Shown here one piece after another: positions 1-8,696 of a DNA stretch of 64,000 nucleotides (positions are counted from its first letter, which is position 1; the number at the start of each line of letters is the position of its first letter). The position numbers were made by a program, and so were the translations under genes. The DNA comes from a virus. Where the stretch lies: the IMG/VR virus record IMGVR_UViG_3300044981_000152, positions 35,221-99,220 of that record; one strand, written 5' to 3'. The notes below the pieces were generated by a model, which saw only the letters and a list, made by a program, of their open reading frames with translations, made no database searches and was not told the DNA's origin.

Positions 1-124
1 GCACTGTGGTTAGATCGGGCAGCGAAGAGAAGGACGGCATACACGGGCTGTGCCGCGCTTGGCCCTGAGCGTTCGTTTGCCTGCGAGGGTGTCAGCCCAG
101 GACGCTGGCCGGTATGCCAGCGGC

Positions 125-153
125 CGGTCTCAGCCTAGCGCGGAGCCCGGCCG
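125..153. repeat. 29-30 bp direct repeat, copy 1 (CGGTCTCAGCCTAGCGCGG[G]AGCCCGGCCG)
   Basis: Matches 451-480 except for one extra G there; the core GCGCGGAGCCCGGCC also occurs at 306-320. Confidence 0.9.
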
Positions 154-308
154 GGGGTGGCGTCCCGCGTCCAAGTACCCCGGAGGGGTACAACTGCATC
201 CTGGCAATCGGAGGCAGGAAATATTATAACCGCGATCTGGCCAGGCCGTCCGGCCTGCGATGATTCCGCGTTTCCGCAGGTCGCGTTTCGGCTGTGGCCC
301 TGCATGCG

Positions 309-360
309 CGGAGCCCGGCCCCTCGCGTCTTCCTGGCGGTGTCGCGCGGGCCGGGCTCCG
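309..360. terminator. GC-rich hairpin, terminator-like
   Basis: CGGAGCCCGGCC (309-320) pairs with GGCCGGGCTCCG (349-360). Confidence 0.55.
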
Positions 361-450
361 TCAAGCAGGGCCAGTCTCGCCGCGGTCTGCTGACTGGCTG
401 CCGGTAATCGAAGTTACAGACCGCTTCTCTATCCGGCGGCGGTACGCACG

Positions 451-517
451 CGGTCTCAGCCTAGCGCGGGAGCCCGGCCGTGCCCCGTATCAACGGTCCG
501 GGGCGCGGACGGGCTCC
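451..517. repeat. direct repeat copy 2 plus long hairpin
   Basis: Repeat at 451-480; GGAGCCCG (469-476) pairs with CGGGCTCC (510-517), inner stem GCCCCG/CGGGGC. Confidence 0.8.
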
Positions 518-645
518 GTTAAAGCCGGCCCTGTGTCCGGCACTGCTCCGGTGCGGCGGTCATATCCCGAGCACTTCGAGGGTGATCAGTCCCGGTTACT
601 CAAGACGGGTAGGCCGCGCCGCCCGGCTCAACCTGCCTCACCAGC

Positions 646-1092
646 CTAGCGGTGGCCGTTCCCATTGAACAGCACCCCGGCTTCCAGGCGGCGCCACACC
701 TCGAGCGCCTCCTGACGCCGGGTCATGCCCGGCGTCGCCGCCGTTTCGCCGCCGTAGCAGCGGCAGGTGCGCTCATGATGGGCGAGCGGCCCGGCTACCT
801 CCATGAACTGGCATTCCTTGTGGACGTGGCGGATCCCGCCCGTCCTGTCGGCCTTCATGCATGGCATCGCCTGCCCGGAGTCGCCCGCTTCCTCGCTGAA
901 CGGCTCGTCGCAGTGCAGGCAGTTCTCGCCGACAGGGAAGGGCTTGCGCATCTCGGCGATCAACTGGCCGTCCTCGTCGTAGCAGATGTACGACCACCAG
1001 GGCTCGCCGAACCACCCCCAGTTGGCGCGGCGCACTTCGATGGGAATGTTATCGTACGGAGTGCCCGGCTTCCCGGTGTCAGCACCCATCAC
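646..1092 (-). CDS. hypothetical phage protein, Cys/His-rich
   Basis: Last ORF of the coupled minus-strand operon; CxxC and HxxC motifs. Confidence 0.7.
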   Translation of the reverse strand: MMGADTGKPGTPYDNIPIEVRRANWGWFGEPWWSYICYDEDGQLIAEMRKPFPVGENCLHCDEPFSEEAGDSGQAMPCMKADRTGGIRHVHKECQFMEVAGPLAHHERTCRCYGGETAATPGMTRRQEALEVWRRLEAGVLFNGNGHR

Positions 1093-1744
1093 GGCTCCCC
1101 TCGGTTCGCAGTTGCGCAGTCGCTTCCTTCAGCCGTTCCAGGCCCACGCCGCGCTCGCCGTTACGGCCCACGATCCGCATGAGCACATCCAACTCGCCCA
1201 GCTCGCGCGGCTCGAAGCGCCTGACCGGCTCGACCAGCGCAGCGGCACCGTCAGCGACGCGCCACTGTGCCGCGACCTCGCCTTCCCCTTCGTCGGTGAT
1301 GACCTGGGCGTGCAGGTCCAGGTACGGGAAAGCGGCGGCGATGGCCTGCCAGTCCTCCGTGACCTCCTTGGCGGTCGGCCATTTGCCGATGTTCCAGGTG
1401 GAGCAGCCGATCGCGCCGTCCCAGTCAAGCCAGCCGTGCGGGCCGCCGATCCAGGCCGAGACGATCCGCGAGTTGGTGAGGTGGTAAAGCGCGAGGCCGC
1501 CGATCGACTGGTACCACTCACCAGCGGCCTGCCAGGACATGTCCCAGTAGCTGTAGCCGCCGGCCTCGCGCCGGATCATCCCGATCCCGAGCACGTCGGC
1601 GACGGCCTTCTCCCACGCGCGGTCATTGGTGGAGAAGTACGGGCCGTTGGTCCGCAGCAGGATCTCATTCGCCTGCTTGCGGGTGACCGGCTCGGGCTTC
1701 TCGGGGACCACGATCAGGCGCGGCCACTTGGTCAGGTCTCGCAC
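1079..1744 (-). CDS. hypothetical phage protein (Trp-rich)
   Basis: 221 aa with protein-like composition, RBS upstream, overlaps the next ORF. Confidence 0.75.
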   Translation of the reverse strand: MRDLTKWPRLIVVPEKPEPVTRKQANEILLRTNGPYFSTNDRAWEKAVADVLGIGMIRREAGGYSYWDMSWQAAGEWYQSIGGLALYHLTNSRIVSAWIGGPHGWLDWDGAIGCSTWNIGKWPTAKEVTEDWQAIAAAFPYLDLHAQVITDEGEGEVAAQWRVADGAAALVEPVRRFEPRELGELDVLMRIVGRNGERGVGLERLKEATAQLRTEGSRDGC

Positions 1745-1781
1745 GGTTCCTCATCCTCCCGTACCTCGCGGGGCACCCCGA

Positions 1782-2042
1782 TCACGCCCCGATCCCCGCG
1801 AGGCGGTTCACGTAAAGCGTCCTGCCGTCCAGCCAGTCACCGAGCCCGGCGTACGGATGCAGCAGCCGCCCGTCGTCGTCGCGCGTCTCGAAGTTGTCAA
1901 ACGGGAGCGCGCCGCAGCCGGCGGCCCACCGCGCGGCTGTCGTGACGGGCGCCAGCGTCGACCAGCCCTCACGGACCTCGACGGTGACCTCAGTGCCGGT
2001 CACGTTCACCGCGATCTTCCGATTGGCGGTCTCAGTGCTCAC
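1782..2042 (-). CDS. ubiquitin-like beta-grasp protein, DUF2604-like
   Basis: GTG at 2042 with GGAGG RBS; IAVNVTGTEVTVEV...FDNFETRDDDGRLL...LYVNRLAGIGA follows the DUF2604 pattern as recalled. Confidence 0.7.
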   Translation of the reverse strand: MSTETANRKIAVNVTGTEVTVEVREGWSTLAPVTTAARWAAGCGALPFDNFETRDDDGRLLHPYAGLGDWLDGRTLYVNRLAGIGA

Positions 2043-2284
2043 CGGGCACCTCCTTCCACGGGCCGTAGGTGACGGTACGGGCGGACGAGCACAGCGGAAT
2101 CGGGCCAGCATCGCACCTCATGGCGCGCTCGGCGCTCGTTGTCGGGGCCGGTGCCCAGGATGGCCGCCTCCCCGCTGAGGTCGTCGTAGCGGACGCCCCA
2201 CTCGATCTTCAAGGCCTCGATGCGGCCCGTGATGATGTCCTCGGCTTCGTCCAGCTCGCGGGTGAGGTCGGGCTCAGCGGCCAT
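2039..2284 (-). CDS. hypothetical protein
   Basis: GTGA overlap with the downstream ORF. Confidence 0.6.
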   Translation of the reverse strand: MAAEPDLTRELDEAEDIITGRIEALKIEWGVRYDDLSGEAAILGTGPDNERRARHEVRCWPDSAVLVRPYRHLRPVEGGAR

Positions 2285-2453
2285 AGGTGACTCTCCCTTG
2301 CAAGTCGAGCCCGGCGTCACAGTCCGGGCATACGAACCCCACCTGCTCGCCGTCGTGCGTTTCCACTACGACCAGCTGGAAGTGGGAGCAGTTAACCTGA
2401 CGGACATAGGTACGCATAGCCAGCCGGTCGGCGGTCAAGTCACGGCCCGGCAT
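2274..2453 (-). CDS. small Zn-ribbon-like protein
   Basis: CSH...CPDC motif; overlaps both neighbours. Confidence 0.5.
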   Translation of the reverse strand: MPGRDLTADRLAMRTYVRQVNCSHFQLVVVETHDGEQVGFVCPDCDAGLDLQGRVTYGR

Positions 2454-2781
2454 CGGTCTCCCCTGTCTCAGCCGGGGCGGCCCCGGAGGGCACCTCCAGG
2501 TTGTCACGTCCGAACGCCTTAGCGGCGACAGCGGAAGCCGCCTCGAAGTGATGGTGCCAGGCAAGGTAGCCGCTTGATCCAGGGCCGGGTTCATTTTCGT
2601 CGGCATGACGGAGGATGGCGCTCGCGATCTTGTCGGCCAGGAGGGGAACGGCTGCTTCCAGGGCTGCGCGGGCGAGTGCGTCAGGCTCAGGGCTGCCGGG
2701 CCGGGTCAGATCGTCACGGAACTGGTCGCGGATGGCGGCTGTAGCAGCAGCGAGAACGGGGGCAGGGATGGGGTCAGGCAT
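2440..2781 (-). CDS. hypothetical protein
   Basis: Coupled ORF starting MPDPIPAP. Confidence 0.6.
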   Translation of the reverse strand: MPDPIPAPVLAAATAAIRDQFRDDLTRPGSPEPDALARAALEAAVPLLADKIASAILRHADENEPGPGSSGYLAWHHHFEAASAVAAKAFGRDNLEVPSGAAPAETGETDAGP

Positions 2782-3232
2782 CACGGCCCGGCTCGATCGC
2801 AGTCTGCTCACGCTCCAGATACCGCTGCCACACTGTCAGGCCGTCGTCGCCTTGCATGTAAGGCAGCATCACCTGGGCCATGTCGGCCACGCCCGCCTCG
2901 ATCAGCGCCAGCTGCGCCTCCAGCCAGTCCTTGAGAACGCGCCACGCAACGCGCTCGGCTTGCTCCAGGCTGGTGTACCGGTTAGGGACGTGACCGCGCC
3001 GGTAGCCTTCCTGCAGGGCCTTGTGGGTGCCGCGCACGTTGACCGGGAGCGCGAAGGTCCGCGGCCCGTATGGCGTGGTGATCACGAACTGCAGGCCGCT
3101 CGGCTTGAAGTTGTCATAGGTGATCCCGATGGCCGACGCACCGTGCTGGGCCAGCCGGGCGATACATTCCGAGGCTGATTTGGTGGCCTCGATCGTGGTC
3201 GTGTAGTTGAGCGGCCCTTTGCCTACGGGCAT
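2774..3232 (-). CDS. conserved hypothetical phage protein
   Basis: NYTT...QAERVAWRVLKDWLEAQLALIE pattern seen in many phages. Confidence 0.8.
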   Translation of the reverse strand: MPVGKGPLNYTTTIEATKSASECIARLAQHGASAIGITYDNFKPSGLQFVITTPYGPRTFALPVNVRGTHKALQEGYRRGHVPNRYTSLEQAERVAWRVLKDWLEAQLALIEAGVADMAQVMLPYMQGDDGLTVWQRYLEREQTAIEPGRDA

Positions 3233-3256
3233 GGTTCCTCCAGTTCTTCCCGCATC

Positions 3257-3670
3257 TCACTCATCCTCGGTGCCTTCTTTCAGCCCCAGCAGGGCAGAAG
3301 TGATGGCCAAGCGGATCTCGCATTCTTCGGCGGGCGCAGGGTCGCCGTGCTCGTCGCGGCAGCAGTCGCACAGTCCGTGGCGCTCGACGGTGACGCAATC
3401 CGGGCAGGCTTCGATCTCGTACCGGTCAAGCCCGATGCCTGCCCACGTGCGGTGCTCCGGGCACCTCTCAAGGTGCCTGGAATAGGCCGTCAGCGAGTGG
3501 AGTGCCAGCACTCTCTCAACCGCACAAAGGAGGAGAGGGACGTGCACGGCGCATGTGAGCTTGGGGCGGAAGAACTGGCTGTCCGCGTCAGCGTATGTCC
3601 GGATCTCGTCCAGGCGTTCCCGGATGACGGAGACGGGGGTGGTGGGGTCAGGGTCGGGCATCACGGCCAC
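3257..3670 (-). CDS. hypothetical Cys-rich protein
   Basis: Several CxxC motifs; in operon. Confidence 0.6.
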   Translation of the reverse strand: MAVMPDPDPTTPVSVIRERLDEIRTYADADSQFFRPKLTCAVHVPLLLCAVERVLALHSLTAYSRHLERCPEHRTWAGIGLDRYEIEACPDCVTVERHGLCDCCRDEHGDPAPAEECEIRLAITSALLGLKEGTEDE

Positions 3671-3867
3671 GCGAGGTTCTGGCCGGGCCGCTGCACGTCG
3701 TGAGCGCAGAGCCAGTCCTCGTTGCCGTCCGGGTCCGTGACCTTATAGGCGAGGTGCGGCTCGGGGCGGTTGCTGTCGGTCTCGCAGTCGCGGGCCTCCA
3801 GCACGGGCATCGTGAATCCGGGCATCAGGCGGTGCTCGATGATGTCGCCGGTCTTGAACTGGTCCAT
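3661..3867 (-). CDS. small SH3/KOW-like hypothetical protein
   Basis: FKTGDIIEHR start; RBS AAGGAGG. Confidence 0.6.
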   Translation of the reverse strand: MDQFKTGDIIEHRLMPGFTMPVLEARDCETDSNRPEPHLAYKVTDPDGNEDWLCAHDVQRPGQNLAWP

Positions 3868-3923
3868 GGGTTAGTCCTCCTTGGTTGGTGCCGCCGCGGG
3901 GGCGGCTAGCTCGGGTCGCGCCA

Positions 3924-4373
3924 TCAGCACGCCTCCCATAGTGTCCGCGGCATCCGCTCGGTGCCGGTCTGGCCCCGCGGCCTCGACGGACGGTCCCAGC
4001 CGGGATGAGGCGGCCGCTCGGCCACGACCCGCCATCCGGCCGCGCGCAGCGACGCACCGGGCTCCCCGGCCTGGGTGTACGTCACCAGGCGCGAATACCC
4101 CAGCGCTTTCGCAGCTTTCCAGCACGCCCCGTACAGCATCGAGCAGGCGTTCGGCCAGCCATCCGACGTCACCCGTGTTACCTCCAGCGTCTGCCCGTCG
4201 TCGAACAGCCGCGCCACCGGCCGGCCCGCAATGGCCACGCCTCGCAGCACGCCCTCCTGATCGGCCGCTCCCACGGCGAACTTCATCCCGCGGGGGGGGG
4301 CGTGGTGCCGGTGCCACATGGCCGTGAACGCCTTCGCCTCGCGCTGGGAGACGGGGACCAGGTGCAGGGTCAT
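3924..4373 (-). CDS. XF1762 family, Mom-like GNAT acetyltransferase
   Basis: HRHH...GVAIAGRPVAR...TLEVTR...NACSMLYGA...LVTYT...GASLRAAGW signature. Confidence 0.8.
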   Translation of the reverse strand: MTLHLVPVSQREAKAFTAMWHRHHAPPRGMKFAVGAADQEGVLRGVAIAGRPVARLFDDGQTLEVTRVTSDGWPNACSMLYGACWKAAKALGYSRLVTYTQAGEPGASLRAAGWRVVAERPPHPGWDRPSRPRGQTGTERMPRTLWEAC

Positions 4374-4826
4374 TCAGAACGCCGGCTCGTCGTCCAGGCC
4401 CTCGCCGGCCTCGTCTTCGCCGGCTCCATCCCAGCCCCAGCCGCCGGCCGGAAGCGCCGGTCTCGGCTCGGGCCGTTTCAGCGGAGTCGGCAGGCGGACC
4501 ACCTGGCATGCGGGGCCCATCACCACGTCGGCGATGATCCGGCCGTCCCAGTCGCGGACGACGAGGCCCTCAGCGCCGAACACCGATGCGCTGGCGATCC
4601 AGCCGGTGTGGTCGCGGCGGCCGGGTAGCTCCACGCGGCCCCATATCCCGTCAGGCCGGGAGTCCCCGGCCGGAGCCTCCTCGCCGCCAGCCGGCTCCCG
4701 GAGCGCGGCGAGGGTGCGCTCCATCACCTCGCGGATGTCGTCGGTCACCGGGTACGGCGCGTAGCATGCGCACACCTTCTGCAGCAGCTCCAGGTCGGCC
4801 CTGCTGACGGTTACGGTCTCGCTCAT
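4374..4826 (-). CDS. hypothetical protein
   Basis: ATG at 4826, abuts the next gene. Confidence 0.6.
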   Translation of the reverse strand: MSETVTVSRADLELLQKVCACYAPYPVTDDIREVMERTLAALREPAGGEEAPAGDSRPDGIWGRVELPGRRDHTGWIASASVFGAEGLVVRDWDGRIIADVVMGPACQVVRLPTPLKRPEPRPALPAGGWGWDGAGEDEAGEGLDDEPAF

Positions 4827-4828
4827 CC

Positions 4829-5113
4829 TCAGTCCTGCCGCCCGGCCATCAGGTGCCGGACCGACTCGCCGATGTGGTCCAGGGGCTCCCATTCGACCGT
4901 CTCGGTCTGCTCGATCACGTGGTGCGCCCCGTCGTAGTCGATCTCCTGACGGCTGACGTAGACGGCCCGGTGCCACGTCGGCTCGCCTTCGGCCGGCCGG
5001 TCGTGACCGTCAGGCTCGGTGCAGTGCAGGTCGATGCGGCCTCCCTTGACCGCGCGGCACTTGCGGGGCTCCGCGTCCGGCGCGGCCGGGTTCTCTCGTC
5101 TCTCGATGCTCAT
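4829..5113 (-). CDS. hypothetical protein
   Basis: Operon position. Confidence 0.55.
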   Translation of the reverse strand: MSIERRENPAAPDAEPRKCRAVKGGRIDLHCTEPDGHDRPAEGEPTWHRAVYVSRQEIDYDGAHHVIEQTETVEWEPLDHIGESVRHLMAGRQD

Positions 5114-5250
5114 TTCTGCTCCGTCCAGATAGTCACGGTGGCCAGATCCTGGGATGCCATCACCGAGATCACCTCAAGGTCGTCCCCGTCGATGGCTATG
5201 GCGTCCTCAGGCATTGCCTTCAGGTGGTCGATCAGCTGGGTTACGGTCAC
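5110..5250 (-). CDS. 46-aa hypothetical protein (not in ORF track)
   Basis: AAGGAG RBS plus GTG; VTVTQLIDHLKAMPEDA...; ATGA overlap. Confidence 0.55.
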   Translation of the reverse strand: MTVTQLIDHLKAMPEDAIAIDGDDLEVISVMASQDLATVTIWTEQK

Positions 5251-5322
5251 GGCGATCTCCTTTCCCGTTTGACGGCGATGCACGGCAGCGGACAGATGTA
5301 GACGGCGTAAGGGCTGGCCCGC

Positions 5323-5487
5323 TCACCGGAGCAGCAGCATCTCAAGGGCGAGCAAGAGCATGGAGACGAGGTTCACCGCCTGCGTGCGCCGGCTCAAGGT
5401 GGCGCCGGCCAGCACGCTGCCGAGCTGGCAGATGCACAGGAGCACCAGCACTCCACCCGTCACGGCGTGCCATGTTCCGAGGTTCAT
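5323..5487 (-). CDS. small membrane protein
   Basis: Two hydrophobic segments; ATGA overlap. Confidence 0.5.
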   Translation of the reverse strand: MNLGTWHAVTGGVLVLLCICQLGSVLAGATLSRRTQAVNLVSMLLLALEMLLLR

Positions 5488-5885
5488 TCGCTGTCTCTTT
5501 TCTCGTCGCCGCGTTCTTCCAGCTCGCACCCGAACTCGTTCCCGCAGCAGAAGTGATGCTCCCTGCACGAGCGTCTCATCAGCTCCCCGGCGGGCAGCGT
5601 CTCACCGGGCGCCAGCGATTCCTTCACGCGGTCCGCCAGCACCTTGCAGAACGCCCAGTAGTGGCCCTGGTGAGAGTTGCCGGTGTGGTGCCCGCAGCGG
5701 GGGCAGACGACACAGCGGCACGCCATGGTCCCGTCAGGCATGTGGTAGACGCTGGGAGCCTCGGCGTCGCACGCCGAGCCGGGCACGGGGGCGAGGCCGA
5801 TAACCTCGCCGAGGATGAAGCCCTTCGCGGCCAGTTCCGCTCGCAGCGCGTCATCGGGCGGCGGGGGCATGTCGTCAGGCTGCAT
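5484..5885 (-). CDS. Cys/His-rich hypothetical protein
   Basis: CRCVVCPRCGHH, HHFCC motifs. Confidence 0.6.
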   Translation of the reverse strand: MQPDDMPPPPDDALRAELAAKGFILGEVIGLAPVPGSACDAEAPSVYHMPDGTMACRCVVCPRCGHHTGNSHQGHYWAFCKVLADRVKESLAPGETLPAGELMRRSCREHHFCCGNEFGCELEERGDEKRDSE

Positions 5886-6534
5886 GCGGGGCCACCCCCC
5901 GCTGTGACCGTTTCCGCGTCCGCTGGTACTCCCGGTCCAGCCCGGCCAGGGCGTCAGGGACAGCCCGGCCCGCGTTGCGCTGCCGCGCCGCCTCGGCGTG
6001 GGCCTGCCGCAGTACCGCCAGCCACGGCTCCGCGGGCAGCGGGGCGACCCGCCGCGGTCCGGCCAGCGCCGCCGGATTCCGGGCCCACCGGCCGGCCGAC
6101 GGCTTCCGGGCCCGGTGCGCAGCGTCGTACGCGTCCAGTTCCCGCAGCAGGATCTCCCGGTGCAGCGCCGCCTCCGGGTCCGGGGGGATTCCCGGCGGGG
6201 CCTCGTGCGCGCCGGCGGCGAGGCGGATCAGGGCGTCGATCAGCGGCTGCGCGCGGTGGCCGCCCATCGGGGCCGACGCCTCGTCGGCGCGGGCCATCGC
6301 CTCAGCCAGGACCTCGTCGCCGATGCCCGCGGGGAGCGCGGCGCGCTCGCCGGGGACCAGTCCGCCGAAGACCCCGTACTGCTCGCCGGCCGACAGCGCG
6401 GCCCGCAGGCACCGGGCCCGGACCGGGCAGCCCTGGCAGACCGTGCGGGCCCTGGCCAGATCGGCGGGGGTGTCGGGGAAGAACAGGTCCGGGTCCTCGT
6501 CCAGGCACGCGGAGCGGTCGCGCCAGCCGGTCAC
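5875..6534 (-). CDS. whiB: WhiB-family transcription factor with C-terminal extension
   Basis: C...DLFFP...CQGCPVRARC...GVFGG four-Cys WhiB motif. Confidence 0.9.
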   Translation of the reverse strand: MTGWRDRSACLDEDPDLFFPDTPADLARARTVCQGCPVRARCLRAALSAGEQYGVFGGLVPGERAALPAGIGDEVLAEAMARADEASAPMGGHRAQPLIDALIRLAAGAHEAPPGIPPDPEAALHREILLRELDAYDAAHRARKPSAGRWARNPAALAGPRRVAPLPAEPWLAVLRQAHAEAARQRNAGRAVPDALAGLDREYQRTRKRSQRGVAPHAA

Positions 6535-6661
6535 AAGATGCTCCGCTCAGCCGCCCGGTCCTTGATGTGTTCCGGGGGAGTCGTTATCGTCATCAGTGCT
6601 TGATCCTTCCCGGGCGGCCAGCCCCTACCGTGTTGCTGGCCGCCCGTCCATCGTTTCCGGC

Positions 6662-7525
6662 TCAGGCTGGCTGGCCGTGCATCACCGTCACGTTGCACTC
6701 GGCCGCGAGCTTGTCGACGACCTTGGTCACGGCCTCCCGGGCGACCCGTGCCGGCTCGTTCATGAAGTACCCGAGCGCCAGCGTCTTGTCCTGGCCGATG
6801 CGGTACCGGAGCCGGACCGCCATCACGGCCGGCGCGATGTCCTCGTACGGGGCGATCAGGAGGTCGAACTCGTTCGGCATCTCGATCGTGCCCCGCTTGG
6901 CGTTCTGCCCGGTGGCCGCGATCTCCTCGATGTAGCTGAACTGGGTCTGCCCGGAGGAGACCCGCGTGCCGCTGGTCATCGCGACCTTGAGGGTGGCCTT
7001 GAAGTTCTGGGCGGTCTCTAGCAGGTCGGCGGACTTGACCGCGCCGGCCGGGTCGATGTCGCTGGCGTGCTCCTCAAGGAACTCCGCGAACGCCTCCTGC
7101 CCCATGAACCTCCGGTCCTTCGCGGTCCAGTCCTGCCACGGGAGCGTCGGTGTCAGGGCCAGGATGAGCCGGTGCTGCTGCCAGCGGGCACCCTCGCCGG
7201 CGGCCAGGCCGTCGCCGTCCGCGTCGGTGCCCCGGTGGGCGTCGAGGACGGCCGTCACGGTGCCCGCGTCGAGATCGGCGAACACCTCGGAGTCCTCGTC
7301 GGCGTGCTTCCCGTAGTACCGGGCGAAGCTGGCCACGTTCCGCACGGTGACCGTGCCGCGCTTGCGCTTGGGGAAGTCGCGGTACGTGTCGCCGGTCAGG
7401 TCGATCTGCTCGAGGCGGCCGCCGGGCAGCGCGACCGCGTAGAAGGCGCCCAGATCTAGCTCGTTCGGCTTGGCGGCGCAGGTGGCCAGGTCGCGGACGA
7501 CCTCGGCGTCTATGGTTTCTGTCAT
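6662..7525 (-). CDS. DUF2303 family protein
   Basis: SFARYY...TAVLDAH...W...MGQEAFAEFLEEH...VRLRYRI pattern. Confidence 0.85.
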   Translation of the reverse strand: MTETIDAEVVRDLATCAAKPNELDLGAFYAVALPGGRLEQIDLTGDTYRDFPKRKRGTVTVRNVASFARYYGKHADEDSEVFADLDAGTVTAVLDAHRGTDADGDGLAAGEGARWQQHRLILALTPTLPWQDWTAKDRRFMGQEAFAEFLEEHASDIDPAGAVKSADLLETAQNFKATLKVAMTSGTRVSSGQTQFSYIEEIAATGQNAKRGTIEMPNEFDLLIAPYEDIAPAVMAVRLRYRIGQDKTLALGYFMNEPARVAREAVTKVVDKLAAECNVTVMHGQPA

Positions 7526-7872
7526 TGCCTCACTCCTGGCACGTCGCGGTCCTGGAAGATCGGGAGGGTGTTCGGGTCGTTGCGGGACAGGTTGCCGTCC
7601 TCGTCCGGGTAGAAGATGGACGCCGGGGCCTCGGCCCTCGGCGCGCGGAGCTCGACAGCCCCGGCCACCTTCACGATGTCGTCGTTGCCGCTGAACGGCG
7701 AGACCTCGATGGTCAGCCGCAGGGTGCCCTTCTTGCCGGTCTCCCTGACGGCCGCCACGAGCTCGGCGAGGCGCGTGGCGGCCTCGTCGGCGACCAGGCC
7801 CTTGTTGACTTCGCTGAGCACGTCAGCGAAGGGCCGCACGGTGGCGGCCTGTGCTGTGTTCGTTCCTGGCAT
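7522..7872 (-). CDS. conserved partner protein of DUF2303
   Basis: ELVAAVRETGKKGTLRLTI...IFYPDEDGNLSRNDP; usual position upstream of DUF2303. Confidence 0.8.
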   Translation of the reverse strand: MPGTNTAQAATVRPFADVLSEVNKGLVADEAATRLAELVAAVRETGKKGTLRLTIEVSPFSGNDDIVKVAGAVELRAPRAEAPASIFYPDEDGNLSRNDPNTLPIFQDRDVPGVRQ

Positions 7873-7911
7873 CGTGGTTCCTTCCTCGGTGATGGTTTGG
7901 TTAGCGGGAGG

Positions 7912-8388
7912 TCAGTGGGGCGTGACTCCGGGGAGCGCGAGCTGCCCGGCGGCTTCCTGCTCGGCCGGGCTCATCGCCAGCGGCGGCGGCGGGTCATCGG
8001 GCCGGTGGAGATTGCACAGGGCGCCGTCCGGGCCGTCCTTCGCCCACCCCTCGTACGGCATCCAGTCGATGACCTGGTCGGAGGTCTCGAAGTGGATGCA
8101 GGACGGTCCTTCCTCCTCGTCGCCGAGCGTGTCACCGCAGGTTCCCTCCTGCCCGTCGGGGGCGTCGCATTCGGCGACCCAGCACGGGATGGAAAGCTCC
8201 TTCACGCGGACAGTAGCCAGCTCGGCCAGGAGTTCCGGGTCCGGGGCGCGGTCCTCGCGCAGTTCGGCCAGCGCCTTGTCCGCTTCGGCGCGCGTGACGA
8301 AGTGAGGGCTCCCGAGCCCGTCATCGTCGAAGTCGTACGGGTTCGGGTCGAGCTCGAAGCAGGGCTCCGGCAGCTGGCGGATGGTCAT
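7912..8388 (-). CDS. hypothetical protein
   Basis: Coupled ORF. Confidence 0.6.
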   Translation of the reverse strand: MTIRQLPEPCFELDPNPYDFDDDGLGSPHFVTRAEADKALAELREDRAPDPELLAELATVRVKELSIPCWVAECDAPDGQEGTCGDTLGDEEEGPSCIHFETSDQVIDWMPYEGWAKDGPDGALCNLHRPDDPPPPLAMSPAEQEAAGQLALPGVTPH

Positions 8389-8696
8389 GATGCCGCCGCC
8401 CGACCGGCGCCGGCAAGCTCGTACAGGTGCCAGACAAGGCCGCTCATCCTCGGACAGGTGCCGACCCACCGGGCGTTATCCGGCAGCGGGTGGCCCGTGC
8501 CGAACACCTGGAAGTGACGGGCGGTCTTAGGTGCGCCGTTAGTGAACTCGGCCCAGAACTCCACCTCGTCCAGGGTGTTCCCGTTGGCGACGTGAACCGG
8601 GTCTCCGGTCAGGTCGAAGGTCCACGGCCGGTCGTCCACCGGGACCGCGTAGCGGAACATGCGCCGGAGCGGCGCTCCCTGCTCATCGGTGCTCAT
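8385..8696 (-). CDS. conserved hypothetical phage protein (FGTGHP motif)
   Basis: RHFQVFGTGHPLP...WVGT...LVWHLYE. Confidence 0.75.
   Translation of the reverse strand: MSTDEQGAPLRRMFRYAVPVDDRPWTFDLTGDPVHVANGNTLDEVEFWAEFTNGAPKTARHFQVFGTGHPLPDNARWVGTCPRMSGLVWHLYELAGAGRAAAS

Noticed and set aside
125-517. CRISPR array
   Set aside because: Only 2-3 imperfect repeats with ~140-nt gaps and no cas genes
5154-6935. Long antisense or alternate-frame ORFs (also 10448-11899, 26551-28503, 38686-40443, 43751-45364, 52883-54298)
   Set aside because: R/P/G/A-rich shadows of well-supported genes, expected at this GC content
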